Origin: Dactylosporangium sp. CA-052675
GTDB lineage: Bacteria > Actinomycetota > Actinomycetes > Mycobacteriales > Micromonosporaceae
Assembly (NCBI RefSeq): GCF_050947935.1
Contig: NZ_CP192010.1
Location: forward strand, 3,180,935-3,244,934
Length of the DNA: 64,000 bases
Direction of reading: 5' to 3'
Shown: positions 1 to 11,307 of the stretch, in pieces
Layout: every line of letters begins with the position of its first letter
Position numbering within the stretch: position 1 is the first letter of the stretch
Position numbers and translations under genes: made by a program
The notes under the pieces: generated by a model
Told to the model about the DNA's origin: nothing
Databases searched by the model: none
What the model saw: the letters and a program-made list of their open reading frames with translations, nothing else

Positions 1-673
1 CCTGCGGCACATCACGGCGACGGGGTACGACCACAGCTGGTTCATCCTCACCCAGAAGATCATCGAGAAGGAGTTCGCGCTCTCGGGCTCCGAGCAGAAC
101 CCCGACCTCACCAACCGCAGCGTGCGCCAGGTCCTGCAGCGGGTGAAGAAGGGCGCGCCGGGTCCGGTCGAGGCGTTCAAGCAGCACGGCGCCGACTTCG
201 TCGTGGCCTCCACGCTCGACGAGCTCATCGCCGGGATGCGCCGCCTCGAGCCGGACGTGCCGCTCGACGCCGCGGCCGTCAAGGCCACCGTCGAGGCCCG
301 CGACCGCGAGATGACCAACACGTTCACGAAGGACGCGCAGATCACGGCCCTGCGCGGCGCCCGTTCGTACCGCGGCGACAAGCTCATCCGCGTCGCCTCC
401 CCGCACCGCCTGCTCGACCCGAAGGCCGGGCCGCTCATCGCCGTGCGCCTGAACATCCTGACCCGCAAGACCCTCGGCGGGCTGGAGACCGACCTCTCCG
501 GCCGGGTGCTGCGCGCCGACGGCACCCCGCTCCCCGGTGTGTACGCGGCCGGCGAGGTGGCCGGCTTCGGCGGCGGCGGCATGCACGGCTACAACTCGCT
601 GGAGGGCACGTTCCTGGGCGGCTGCCTCTTCTCGGGCCGCACGGCGGGCCGGGCCGCGTCCCAGGCGGTCTGA
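1..673 (+). CDS. FAD-binding dehydrogenase (fumarate reductase/3-ketosteroid dehydrogenase-like flavoprotein), C-terminal part; the 5' end lies outside the window
   Basis: Frame is open from position 2 to the TGA at 671-673. The C-terminal motif VYAAGEVAGFGGGGMHGYNSLEGTFLGGCLFSGRTAG is typical of this flavoprotein family. Confidence 0.6.
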   Translation, partial: LRHITATGYDHSWFILTQKIIEKEFALSGSEQNPDLTNRSVRQVLQRVKKGAPGPVEAFKQHGADFVVASTLDELIAGMRRLEPDVPLDAAAVKATVEARDREMTNTFTKDAQITALRGARSYRGDKLIRVASPHRLLDPKAGPLIAVRLNILTRKTLGGLETDLSGRVLRADGTPLPGVYAAGEVAGFGGGGMHGYNSLEGTFLGGCLFSGRTAGRAASQAV

Positions 674-803
674 CCGCGGCGCCGGTGGTGTCGGGCCGCA
701 TCCCGGGCGGTCTGATCGCGGCGCCGGTGGTGTCGGGCCGCAGGACGGGTCGGGCCGCGTCCCAAGCGGTCCGACCGCGGCGCCGGTAGCATCGGGTCGC
801 ATG
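651..803. repeat. about three imperfect tandem copies of a ~42-bp unit (core GGTCTGA(C/T)CGCGGCGCCGGTGGTGTCGGGCCGCA). The array spans the flavoprotein stop codon and the antiporter ATG.
   Basis: Direct reading of 651-700, 701-742 and 743-803; the third copy is the most degenerate. Confidence 0.55.
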
Positions 804-2141
804 CGACGACCGCCCCTCTCGGGCCTGCTGGCACTCGCGGCGACCGTCCCTGGCGTGGTCGTCGCGCTCGCCGGCGTCGAGGTCCCGGCGCCCGTCGCCG
901 CGCTCGTCTTCGGCGGCGCGATCGTCGGCGCCGCGTTCGTGCTGGCCTGGGCGGCCGAGGCGGCCCAGGTCGACGTGTCCGCCGGCCTGGCGGTCGCGGT
1001 CCTGGCCCTGATCGCGGTGCTCCCCGAGTATTCGGTCGACTTCGTCTTCACGTGGCGGGGCGGCGAGGCGGCGCGGCAGTGGGGCGCCGACTGCCGGCCG
1101 CCCGGCGGCGACGGCACCCCCGCCTGCTCGCTGGCGCTGGCCAACATGACGGGCGCCAACCGGATCCTGGTCGGCATCGGCTGGGTCGTCGTGGTGCTCA
1201 TCGCGTGGCGGCGCTCGAAGGAGCGCGGCATCACCCTCGGCCGCGCCGACGCCGTCCCGCTCGCGTTTCTCACGATCGCGTCGCTGTACTGCCTGATCCT
1301 GCCCTTCAAACGGACCCTCACGCTCTGGGACACCGCCGTGCTCGTGGCGGTCTTCGTCGCCTACAGCTGGCGGGTGTCACGGGCCCCGGCCGGGGAGCCG
1401 GAGCTGATCGGGCCCTCGGCGTGGGTCGGCAACCTGGCCAAGGTCCCGCGCCGCACCACGGTGATCGCCCTGTTCCTGGTCTCGGCCGCGGTCATCCTGC
1501 TCGCCGCCGAACCGTTCGCGGAGAGCCTGGTCGACACCGGCCGGCAGCTCGGCATCAGCCAGTTCCTGCTCGTGCAGTGGGTGGCGCCGCTCGCCTCGGA
1601 GGCGCCCGAGCTGCTGGTGGCCGGGTTGTACGCCTACCGCCTGCACACCACCGAGGCCCTCGGCGCGCTGGTGTCCTCGAAGGTCAACCAGTGGACGCTG
1701 CTGGTCGGCACGCTGCCGGTGGTCTTCGCCGCCTCCAGCCGCGGCTGGTCGGGGCTGCCGATCGAGCCGGCCCAGCGCGGCGAGCTGCTGCTGACCGCGG
1801 CCCAGTCGCTGCTCGCCATCGCGCTGCTGCTCGGGCTGACACTGAGCCTGCGGGCCGCGCTGGTGCTGCTCGGGCTGTTCCTGGTCCAGTTCGTGCTCGC
1901 CGCCGTGCTGCCGCGCGAGTACCACGACCGCGAGCTGGTCGCCCTCAGCGTCGTGTACCTCGCCCTGGCCGTCGTCACCGCGGTCCGCAAGCGCGCCTGC
2001 CTCGTGCCGATGCTGCGCGACGGGCTGCTCACGCGCTACTCCGACCTCGGCGGCGACATGCACTGCACCACGACCGGCGGCGGGCGGCTGCGGCTGCGGA
2101 CCCGCCTGCGGGCCGCGATGTCGGCGCATCCCAACGGCTGA
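801..2141 (+). CDS. CaCA-family Ca2+/cation (Na+/Ca2+-type) antiporter, polytopic membrane protein
   Basis: ATG at 801 is in frame with the long ORF. There are multiple hydrophobic helices and an alpha-repeat-like motif, GISQFLLVQWVAPLASEAPELLVAG. Confidence 0.6.
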   Translation: MRRPPLSGLLALAATVPGVVVALAGVEVPAPVAALVFGGAIVGAAFVLAWAAEAAQVDVSAGLAVAVLALIAVLPEYSVDFVFTWRGGEAARQWGADCRPPGGDGTPACSLALANMTGANRILVGIGWVVVVLIAWRRSKERGITLGRADAVPLAFLTIASLYCLILPFKRTLTLWDTAVLVAVFVAYSWRVSRAPAGEPELIGPSAWVGNLAKVPRRTTVIALFLVSAAVILLAAEPFAESLVDTGRQLGISQFLLVQWVAPLASEAPELLVAGLYAYRLHTTEALGALVSSKVNQWTLLVGTLPVVFAASSRGWSGLPIEPAQRGELLLTAAQSLLAIALLLGLTLSLRAALVLLGLFLVQFVLAAVLPREYHDRELVALSVVYLALAVVTAVRKRACLVPMLRDGLLTRYSDLGGDMHCTTTGGGRLRLRTRLRAAMSAHPNG

Positions 2142-2188
2142 TCACGGTCGGCGCGCGACCGGCTCGCACCTGCCGTACGCTGCCTCGC

Positions 2189-3685
2189 GTGACGGATCGA
2201 CGGCGGCTCACCAGCCAGCGGATCTTCGCGCTGACGATCGGCGCGCTGACCCTGCTCATCGCGCTCGGCTCGTGGGCCGGATACGCCTCGCTGGCCGACA
2301 CCACGCGGGTCTCCGACCGGCTGCAGCAGCGCATCTCCCCGGCCGCCACGGCCGTCGTCGAGCTCGGCGCGGCCCTCGTGGACCAGGAGACCGCCGTGCG
2401 GGGGTTCGTCCTGGCCCGCGAGCCGGACTTCCTCGCGCCGTACCAGGAGGGCGTCGCCACCGAGCGCCGCGTCGCCGACCGGCTGCGGACCCTGCTCGCC
2501 GACGAGCCGCACGCGCTGGAGCGCCTGGAGGCCATCGAGCGGGCGGCCGCCGGGTGGCGCACGGCGTACGCCGAGCCCCTCATCGCCGCCCCGGACTCCG
2601 GCTCGCCGCTGGTCATGTCGAGCAAGGCGGCGTTCGACGCGCTGCGCAACGACGTGAGCGTGCTGCAGCAGCGGGTCGACGAGGCCCGGGCGGCCGGGCG
2701 GCGGGCGCTGGACACCTCCCGTCACCGCCGCGACACCATCTTCGGCATCATCGTCGGCGGGCTGCTGCTGGGCCTGTTCGCGATCGCGGTCATGCTGCAG
2801 CGGCTGGTGCTGCGCCCGCTCGAGCAGCTGCAGACGTCGGTGCGCCGGGTCGCCGACGGGGACTTCGAGCACCACGTGCCGGCCGGCGGCCCGCCGGACC
2901 TGGCCGAGCTGGGATCCGACGTGGAGGCGATGCGGGAGCGGATCGTGACCGCGCTGGCCGAGAGCCGGGGACAGGAGGAGCGGCTGCGGCGCTCGAACTC
3001 CGACCTGGAGCAGTTCGCCTACGTCGCCAGCCACGACCTGCAGGAGCCGCTGCGCAAGATCGCGTCCTTCTGCCAGATGCTGCAGCGCCGGTACGCCGAG
3101 CAGCTCGACGACCGCGCCCGGCAGTACATCGCCTTCGCCGTCGACGGGGCGACCCGGATGCAGGCGCTCATCAACGACCTGCTCGCGTTCTCCCGGGTCG
3201 GCCGCGTCTACGACAACGTCACCGAGGTCGACCTGTCCGCCACGATGCGCCGGGTGCGCTCGGACCTCGAGGCCCGCATGCTCGACACCGACACCGTGCT
3301 GGAGTGCCCGGAGGACCTGCCCGTGGTCCAGGGCGATCCGACGCTGCTGGCGATGCTCTGGCAGAACCTCATCAGCAACGCCATCAAGTTCCGCAAGCCC
3401 GACACCCCGCCGCACATCGTCGTCGACCGGCAGGACGAGGACGGGTTCCACCGGTTCTCGGTGCAGGACAACGGCATCGGCATCGAGCCGCAGTTCGAGG
3501 ACAAGATCTTCGTGATCTTCCAGCGGCTGCATCCGCGCGACGTGTACCCGGGCACGGGCATCGGCCTGGCGATCTGCAAGCGGATCGTCGAGCACCACGG
3601 CGGCCGGATCTGGCTCGACCCCACCTACACCGGCGGCGCCCGCCTCTGCTTCACGCTGCCGGTCCCCGCCGCGGACCAGTCCTAG
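2189..3685 (+). CDS. sensor histidine kinase (CHASE3-like N-terminal sensor, TM, HAMP, HisKA, HATPase_c)
   Basis: GTG at 2189. There is an N-terminal TM helix and a CHASE3-like segment. The H-box is YVASHDLQEPLRKI and N/G-box residues are present (ISNAIKF, DNGIGI, GTGIGLAICKRIV). The long upstream extension in the ORF track (from 1052) is an alternative-frame artefact. Confidence 0.75.
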   Translation: MTDRRRLTSQRIFALTIGALTLLIALGSWAGYASLADTTRVSDRLQQRISPAATAVVELGAALVDQETAVRGFVLAREPDFLAPYQEGVATERRVADRLRTLLADEPHALERLEAIERAAAGWRTAYAEPLIAAPDSGSPLVMSSKAAFDALRNDVSVLQQRVDEARAAGRRALDTSRHRRDTIFGIIVGGLLLGLFAIAVMLQRLVLRPLEQLQTSVRRVADGDFEHHVPAGGPPDLAELGSDVEAMRERIVTALAESRGQEERLRRSNSDLEQFAYVASHDLQEPLRKIASFCQMLQRRYAEQLDDRARQYIAFAVDGATRMQALINDLLAFSRVGRVYDNVTEVDLSATMRRVRSDLEARMLDTDTVLECPEDLPVVQGDPTLLAMLWQNLISNAIKFRKPDTPPHIVVDRQDEDGFHRFSVQDNGIGIEPQFEDKIFVIFQRLHPRDVYPGTGIGLAICKRIVEHHGGRIWLDPTYTGGARLCFTLPVPAADQS

Positions 3686-4167
3686 CGGCACACCCCGTCC
3701 AGCACCAGCGCGATCGAGCGTTCGGCGTCGGCGGGGGCGCCGGACAGCATCGCGAAGAGCAGGGCCAGGTCCTCCGGCACGAGGTCGGGCCGCACCCGGC
3801 CCTGTTCCCGCGCGCGGCGCAGCGCGGGGGCCAGCGCCGCGGCCAGCCGCCGGTCGAGGCCGCCGGGCGCGGCGAGGAGCGGGCGCACGACCGCGTACAG
3901 GCGCAGGGCCGAGGCGAGCCGGTCCCGGAAGGCGCACGAGTCGTCGGCCTCGAGGCGGGCGAGCTGGTCGAGGACCACCGCGTCGACGAGGGTGGGCCGG
4001 TCGCGGAAGTGGCGGTACAGCGTCGCCTGCCCGACGCCGGCGCGCCGCGCGACCTCGGGCATCAGCACCCCGCCCCGGCTCAGCATCAGCTCGCCGGCCG
4101 CGCGCACGATCGCCGAGCGGTTGCGCTGCGCGTCGCGCCGCCGCGGCGTCGGGACCCCGTAGAGCAC
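3682..4167 (-). CDS. TetR-family transcriptional regulator
   Basis: GTG start at 4167. The N-terminal HTH is RNRSAIVRAAGELMLSRGGVLMPEVARRAGVGQATLYRHF. The stop overlaps the stop of the convergent kinase gene by 4 nt. Confidence 0.75.
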   Translation of the reverse strand: MLYGVPTPRRRDAQRNRSAIVRAAGELMLSRGGVLMPEVARRAGVGQATLYRHFRDRPTLVDAVVLDQLARLEADDSCAFRDRLASALRLYAVVRPLLAAPGGLDRRLAAALAPALRRAREQGRVRPDLVPEDLALLFAMLSGAPADAERSIALVLDGVCR

Positions 4168-4176
4168 CAGAGCATG

Positions 4177-4217
4177 TTACCGACCGGTAATGAGAATGTC
4201 ACGGCCTTCTCATTCTC
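4177..4217. promoter_or_regulatory. putative operator(s) in the TetR / CocE-hydrolase divergent region: a 14-bp palindrome TTACCGACCGGTAA (4177-4190) and an inverted repeat GAGAATG-N11-CATTCTC (4193-4217)
   Basis: Perfect dyad symmetry read directly; it lies 10 bp upstream of the TetR start codon. Confidence 0.4.
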
Positions 4218-4274
4218 GGAACGGGCTCCTAGGCTCCCGCCACCACGAAGCGCTACCCCGCCAGGAGCGTGCGC

Positions 4275-5825
4275 ATGACCCGTTCCCGCCCGACCATCGC
4301 CCTCGTCGCCGCCGCCGTCCTCGCCGCAGTCACCCTCCAGGCGCCGCCCGCCGCCGCGGCCGCGCCCACCACGAAGTTCGTCGACATCGCCGGAGCCGGC
4401 GGCGTCACCCTCAAGGCCAACGTCGTCGCCCCCGCCGACACCGCGAGGCACCCCGCGATCGTGTTCCCGTCCAGCTGGGGGCTCAACGACCTCGAATACC
4501 TCGCGCAGGCAAAGGCGCTGGCCGGGCGCGGGTACGTCGTCGTGTCCTACACCCCGCGCGGCTGGTGGGCCTCCGGCGGCGAGATCGACACCGCCGGGCC
4601 GCAGGACCTGGCCGACCTGTCGAAGATCGTCGACTGGACGATCGCGAACACCGCGGCCGACCCGGCCCGCATCGGCGCGGCCGGCGTCAGCTACGGCGCC
4701 GGGATCAGCCTGCTCGGGTCCGCGTTCGACCAGCGCATCCGCGCGGTCGTCATGATGAGCGGCTGGACCGACCTCGTCTACAGCCTCTACGGCGACAACA
4801 CCCGCCACCGGCAGTCCGCCGGGCTGCTGAGCCTCGCCGCGAGCCTGCTCGGCCACCCCGGCACCGACCTGAGCGGCAAGCTCGCCGACTTCAACGCCGA
4901 CCGCAACGTCGAGGAGGTGAAGGCCTGGGCCCGGGTGCGCTCGGCGGCCACGTACCTCGACGCCATCAACGCGAACAAGCCGGCCGTGATGATCGCGAAC
5001 GCGTGGGGCGACTCCTTCTTCCCGCCCGACCAGCTCGTGGACTTCTTCGGCCGGCTGCAGACCCCGAAGCGGCTCGAGCTGCGCCCCGGGGACCACGCGA
5101 TCGCCGAGTTCACCGGCATCCTGGGGCTGCCCAACGGCGCCTGGACGAGTCTGTACCGCTGGTTCGACCAGTACCTCGCCGGCGTGGACACGGGCATCGG
5201 CGCCGAAGCGCCGGTACAGCTGCAACCGCTGAACGCGGGGGCCGAGCAGTATGCGTCGTGGTCGGCGCTGAACACCTCGGTCCGGCGCTACGGGCTCGGC
5301 CCGGTCCGCCGCCTCGACGGCACCGGCCTGCTCGGCGGCGCCCCGAGCACCGGCTGGAGCAAGACGCTGCCGGGCGACCTCGACACCGTCGCGAACGGCG
5401 GCGTGGTGCTGCTGACCAACGGCGTCGGCGCGTTCACCGGCCAGCAGCCGCAGATCTGGCTGCCCGCGGTGGACCGGCTGCGCGCGGGCGTGTGGGCGTC
5501 GGAGCGGCCCGGTTCGGCGCTGCGCATCCGCGGCATCCCGCGGGTCCATCTGAACCTGGCCGGCACCCCGAAGGGGACGCTGATCGCGTACCTGTACGAC
5601 CTCGACAACCTCGGCAACGCCAAGCTCATCACGCACGCCCCGGTGTCCTGGAGCGGCGGCGGCTCCGTCGATGTGGCACTGTCCGCGACCGCGTACGACG
5701 TGCCGGCCGGCCACTCCCTGACCCTCGTCGTGGACACCACGGATCCGCTGTACTACGACGACAATGCCCTCGGCGCCACCGTGACCGTCGCGGGCGGATC
5801 ATATGCGGACGTGCCGATCCGGTAG
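4275..5825 (+). CDS. secreted CocE/NonD-family hydrolase (S15 X-Pro dipeptidyl-peptidase-like alpha/beta hydrolase)
   Basis: AGGAGC Shine-Dalgarno sequence 7 nt before the ATG at 4275. There is a signal peptide with an AAAAAP cleavage region. The nucleophile motif is GVSYGAG, and the C-terminal beta-sandwich is typical of this family. Confidence 0.7.
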   Translation: MTRSRPTIALVAAAVLAAVTLQAPPAAAAAPTTKFVDIAGAGGVTLKANVVAPADTARHPAIVFPSSWGLNDLEYLAQAKALAGRGYVVVSYTPRGWWASGGEIDTAGPQDLADLSKIVDWTIANTAADPARIGAAGVSYGAGISLLGSAFDQRIRAVVMMSGWTDLVYSLYGDNTRHRQSAGLLSLAASLLGHPGTDLSGKLADFNADRNVEEVKAWARVRSAATYLDAINANKPAVMIANAWGDSFFPPDQLVDFFGRLQTPKRLELRPGDHAIAEFTGILGLPNGAWTSLYRWFDQYLAGVDTGIGAEAPVQLQPLNAGAEQYASWSALNTSVRRYGLGPVRRLDGTGLLGGAPSTGWSKTLPGDLDTVANGGVVLLTNGVGAFTGQQPQIWLPAVDRLRAGVWASERPGSALRIRGIPRVHLNLAGTPKGTLIAYLYDLDNLGNAKLITHAPVSWSGGGSVDVALSATAYDVPAGHSLTLVVDTTDPLYYDDNALGATVTVAGGSYADVPIR

Positions 5826-5834
5826 AACGGGTGC

Positions 5835-7091
5835 ATGAACATCATCCGCACCGACCACGTCCTGGAGGTGCCGCTCGACCACGACGACCCCGCGGGCGAG
5901 ACCATCGCCGTCTACGCCCGCGAGGTCGTCGCCCCCGGCGGCGAGGACAAGCCGTGGCTGGTGTTCCTGCAGGGCGGCCCCGGCAGCGCCTCGCCGCGCC
6001 CGCTCGGCCGGGAGTCCTGGGTGGGGCGGGCCCTCGACGACTACCGGGTGCTGCTGCTCGACCAGCGCGGCACCGGCCGCTCGGCCCGCGTCAGCCGCCA
6101 CAGCGTCACGCGGCGCGGCGGCCCGCGGGCGCAGGCCGAGTACCTGTCGCACTTCCGCGCCGACAGCATCGTCCGCGACGCCGAGTGCTTCCGCCGCCAC
6201 CTGCTCGGCGAGGCCCGCTGGACGGTGCTGGGCCAGAGCTTCGGCGGCTTCTGCGCCGTCACCTACCTGTCGTTCGCCCCCGAAGGACTGCGCGAGGTGC
6301 TCATCACCGGCGGGCTGCCCGGGCTGCACGCGCGGGCCGAGGACGTCTACCGGCGCACCTACCCGCGCGTCGCGGCGCGCAACGCGGCCCACTACGCGCG
6401 CTACCCGGACGACGTCGAGGCCGTCCGCGCCATCGCCGAGCACCTGCGCGCCCACGACGTCCGGCTCCCCGACGGCGCCCCGCTGAGCGTGGAGGCCTTC
6501 CAGACGCTGGGCGTCGCGCTGGGCTCCAGCACCGGCTCCCACGAGCTGCACTACCTGACCGAGGACGCCTTCGAGGCCCCCGGTGTGCTCTCCGACGCCT
6601 TCCTCGCCGAGGTCCACCACCGCCTGAGCTACGCGACGCGGCCGGTCTTCCCGCTGCTGCACGAGCCCATCTACGGCCAGGGCCCGGGCGCCACCGCCTG
6701 GGCCGCGCATCGCCTGCGCGCGGAGCACCCCGAGTTCGACGCCCTGGCCACGGACGCCCCGGTCTACTTCACCGGCGAGATGACGTATCCGTGGCAGTTC
6801 GCCAACGACCCGGCGCTGGCCCCGCTGGGCGAGGCGGCCGAGCTGCTCGCGGCCCGCGACTCGTGGCCCCGCCTCTACGACCCGGCGGCCCTGGCCCGCA
6901 ACGAGATCCCGGTCGCGGCCGCGGTGTACCACGACGACATGTACGTCGACCGCGAGCTCTCCCTGGCCACCGCCGACGCGATCCGGGGCGCCCGCGTCTG
7001 GGTCACCGACGAGCACGAGCACGATGCCCTGCGGGTCAGCTCCGGCCCGGTGCTCGACCGCCTGATCGGCATGGTCCGCGGCGAGCGCTGA
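5835..7091 (+). CDS. alpha/beta hydrolase, proline iminopeptidase-like (S33 family)
   Basis: Motifs LQGGPGS, GQSFGG (nucleophile elbow) and LLLDQRGTGRS are present. Confidence 0.7.
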   Translation: MNIIRTDHVLEVPLDHDDPAGETIAVYAREVVAPGGEDKPWLVFLQGGPGSASPRPLGRESWVGRALDDYRVLLLDQRGTGRSARVSRHSVTRRGGPRAQAEYLSHFRADSIVRDAECFRRHLLGEARWTVLGQSFGGFCAVTYLSFAPEGLREVLITGGLPGLHARAEDVYRRTYPRVAARNAAHYARYPDDVEAVRAIAEHLRAHDVRLPDGAPLSVEAFQTLGVALGSSTGSHELHYLTEDAFEAPGVLSDAFLAEVHHRLSYATRPVFPLLHEPIYGQGPGATAWAAHRLRAEHPEFDALATDAPVYFTGEMTYPWQFANDPALAPLGEAAELLAARDSWPRLYDPAALARNEIPVAAAVYHDDMYVDRELSLATADAIRGARVWVTDEHEHDALRVSSGPVLDRLIGMVRGER

Positions 7092-7161
7092 CCCGGCTCG
7101 CGAACGCCCCGGGGCGGGCACCGGTCGGGTGCCCGCCCCGTCTCCTGATCCCCAGGAAGCT

Positions 7162-8388
7162 TCAGCGCCGCGGCTTCTGCGGCGCCCTCGGCCGCACGAG
7201 CGGCGGGCCCGCCGCGGCCAGGTCGCCCTGAACCGTGCGCAGTGCCTTCTTCGGCTGGTAGTTCGCGTCCCACAGGCAGCCGGCGCCCTCCGGCGGGCTC
7301 TTGAACCAGCCCGGGATCCACGAGTGCTTGTCGGTGAAGCCCCACACCGTGAACGACAGGCAGTGGGGGTTCATGAGGCACGCCTGGAGCAGGACGTGGT
7401 AGTTGTACGCCGCGGCCTGGTCGCGGGCGTTGAGGTCGGCGCCCGCCGCGTCCAGCGCCGGGTCGGACGCGTTCTTCAGCAGGCTGCGCGCGTCGACCTC
7501 GGTGAAGGCCACGGCCAGGCCGAGGTCGGTGAACCTCTGCAGCGCGTCGGCCACGGCGAGGACGTCGTAGTTGCCGTACTGGGTGCTGAGGTGGCCCTGG
7601 CTGCCGACGCCGTCGATCGGCACGCCCCGGGCGCGCAGCCCGCGGACCAGGTCGTAGACGAACCGGGTCTTGTCGCCGGGGCCGCCGTCGCCGAACGCCT
7701 CGATGTTGTAGTCGTTGTAGAACAGCAGCGCCTTCGGGTCGGCGGCGCGGGCCCAGCGGAAGGCGTCGGCGAGGTAGTCCGGGCCGAGCAGGTCGGCGAA
7801 CTTCTGCTTCAGCGAGCCGGTGTCGCCGCCGAGGTGGATCGCCGACGGGGTCTCCCACGGGTCGGAGACGGCCTCGTTGACCACGTCCCACTGCCAGATC
7901 CGGCCGCGGTAGCGGCTCACCACGTCGGTGATGTGCCGCTTGAGCAGGGCGCGCAGCTGCGGGCCGTCGATGGTGCCGTCCTGGATGCCGGTGCTGAGCC
8001 AGCCGGGGAGCTGGCTGTACCAGGCCAGGACGTGGCCGCGCACCTGCTGGTGGTTGCGCTCGGCGGCGGCGACGAACGCGTCGGCCGCGGCCCAGTCGTA
8101 GGTGCCGCGGGTGGGCTCCAGGCTCTCCCACTTCATCGCGTTCTCGGCGGTGACGGTGGAGAACTGTCCGTCCACCATGGACCGGTACTGCGGGTCGGCC
8201 GCGTCGGCGTAGGCGGCCGCGTCCACGGCGGTGCCGAACGCCAGGCCGTTGCGGGCGGCGAGCCCGCGCAGGCTCTGGTCCTGCGTCGCCGGCGGGCGGG
8301 GACCGCCGGCGGACGCGGCGACGCCGCCCAGCGTGGCCGCGACCACGGCCGCCAGAAGGCCGGCCGTGGCCATGCTGCGTAATGTCAT
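7162..8388 (-). CDS. secreted GH10 endo-1,4-beta-xylanase
   Basis: ATG at 8388 with GGAG about 7 nt upstream. There is a signal peptide. The motifs WDVVNEA and ITEVD, carrying the catalytic glutamates, are typical of GH10. Confidence 0.8.
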   Translation of the reverse strand: MTLRSMATAGLLAAVVAATLGGVAASAGGPRPPATQDQSLRGLAARNGLAFGTAVDAAAYADAADPQYRSMVDGQFSTVTAENAMKWESLEPTRGTYDWAAADAFVAAAERNHQQVRGHVLAWYSQLPGWLSTGIQDGTIDGPQLRALLKRHITDVVSRYRGRIWQWDVVNEAVSDPWETPSAIHLGGDTGSLKQKFADLLGPDYLADAFRWARAADPKALLFYNDYNIEAFGDGGPGDKTRFVYDLVRGLRARGVPIDGVGSQGHLSTQYGNYDVLAVADALQRFTDLGLAVAFTEVDARSLLKNASDPALDAAGADLNARDQAAAYNYHVLLQACLMNPHCLSFTVWGFTDKHSWIPGWFKSPPEGAGCLWDANYQPKKALRTVQGDLAAAGPPLVRPRAPQKPRR

Positions 8389-8403
8389 GAGGATGGCTCC
8401 CGA

Positions 8404-8417
8404 TTGTTTCGAAACAA
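8404..8417. promoter_or_regulatory. 14-bp palindrome TTGTTTCGAAACAA immediately upstream of the xylanase RBS
   Basis: Perfect dyad. The core TGTTTCGAAACA recurs at 12575-12586. Confidence 0.4.
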
Positions 8418-8491
8418 TTCCGGATTCGCCTTGAGACATCGACGCTATTGCCACACGAAAGGCGAGTCAACAAGCCTCCGTTATCGAAACA

Positions 8492-9702
8492 TCATTGGCG
8501 CGAAACCCGCTTGCTGATGATGTCGAAGGCGACCGCGGCGATCAGCACGAGGCCCTTGATGGCCTGCTGCCAGGCCGCGTCGACGCCGAGGATCGACAGG
8601 CCCATGTTGAGCACGCCCATGATGAGCGCGCCGATCACGGCCCCGGTGACCTTGCCGATGCCGCCGGTCACGGCCGTGCCGCCGATGAACGCGGCGGCGA
8701 TGGCGTCCAGTTCGTAGTTGGTGCCGGCGCCCGCGACACCGGCCCCGGCGCGGGAGGTGGTGACGACCGCGGCGACACCGGCCAGAATGCCCATGTTGAC
8801 GAAGATGAGGAAAGTTACACGCTTCGTCTTCACGCCCGAAAGTTTCGCCGCGGCGAGATTTCCGCCCATCGCGTAGATATGCCGGCCGAATACGGTGTTG
8901 CCCATGATGTACGTGTACAGAATGACGAGCGCGCCGACGATGACGAGCACGTTGGGGGTGCCGTCGGTGCTCTCGGCGAGCAGGTAGGTGATGTAGCCGA
9001 TGAGGGCCGTGAACACCACGAGCTTGCCGATGAACGCGGCCTGCGGCTCCAGGCGCAGGTCGTAGCGGATCAGCTCGCGGCGGGTGCGCAGCTGGAAGAA
9101 GGCCAGGCCGCCGATCGCCACGAGACCCACGAGCAGCGTCATGCCGTCGAGGTTGCCCACGAAGCCCAGCGCGTTGGGCAGCGACTTGGCCGCGATGGCG
9201 CCGAAGCCCTTGTCCTGCACCGGCACCGTCTGACTGACCGCGAGCACGGCCAGGCCCCGGAAGAGCAGCATGCCGCCCAGCGTCACGATGAAGGCGGGGA
9301 TGCCGACGTACGCGATCCAGAAGCCCTGCCAGCATCCGACGACGACGCCGATGACGATGGACGCGGCCACCGCCAGCGGCCACGGCCAGCCCCAGTGGGT
9401 GATCATCAGGGCGCAGACGCCGCCGATGAAGGCCACGATGGACCCGACCGACAGGTCGATGTGCTGGGCGACGATGACCATCACCATGCCGATCGCCAGG
9501 ATCAGCACGTAGGCGTTCTGCTGCACCAGCGCGGCGACGTTGTCGGGGTAGAGCAGGCGGCCGTCGGTCAGCACCTGGAACGTGACGACGATGGCGATCA
9601 GCACCGTCAGCATGCCGTACTGCCACAGGTTCTGCCCCAGATAGCCCCGCAGCGAGGACACCTCGGTGGGCTTCGTCTCCGGCGGCAGCGTCTCCACGGT
9701 GC

Positions 9703-9706
<4 letters not shown>
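8492..9706 (-). CDS. sugar ABC transporter permease (xylose/ribose-type, 404 aa)
   Basis: ATG at 9706 overlaps the ATPase stop codon (ATGA). The protein is hydrophobic with at least 9 TM helices. Confidence 0.8.
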
Positions 9707-11244
<1,538 letters not shown>

Positions 11245-11307
11245 GGGGCCTCCCGCGACAGTGGGCCGGGCCCGCGGCTGCGGACCCGGCCCGGTACGGC
11301 TGATCGG

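Noticed and set aside
1052-7231. Very long ORFs in alternative frames or strands (for example 1052-3685 +, 2036-3937 -, 4086-5714 -, 4190-7231 +)
   Set aside because: These are typical stop-codon-poor artefacts of ~72% GC DNA. Their products are Arg/Pro/Ala-rich low-complexity, and the real genes with recognisable motifs occupy the other frames.
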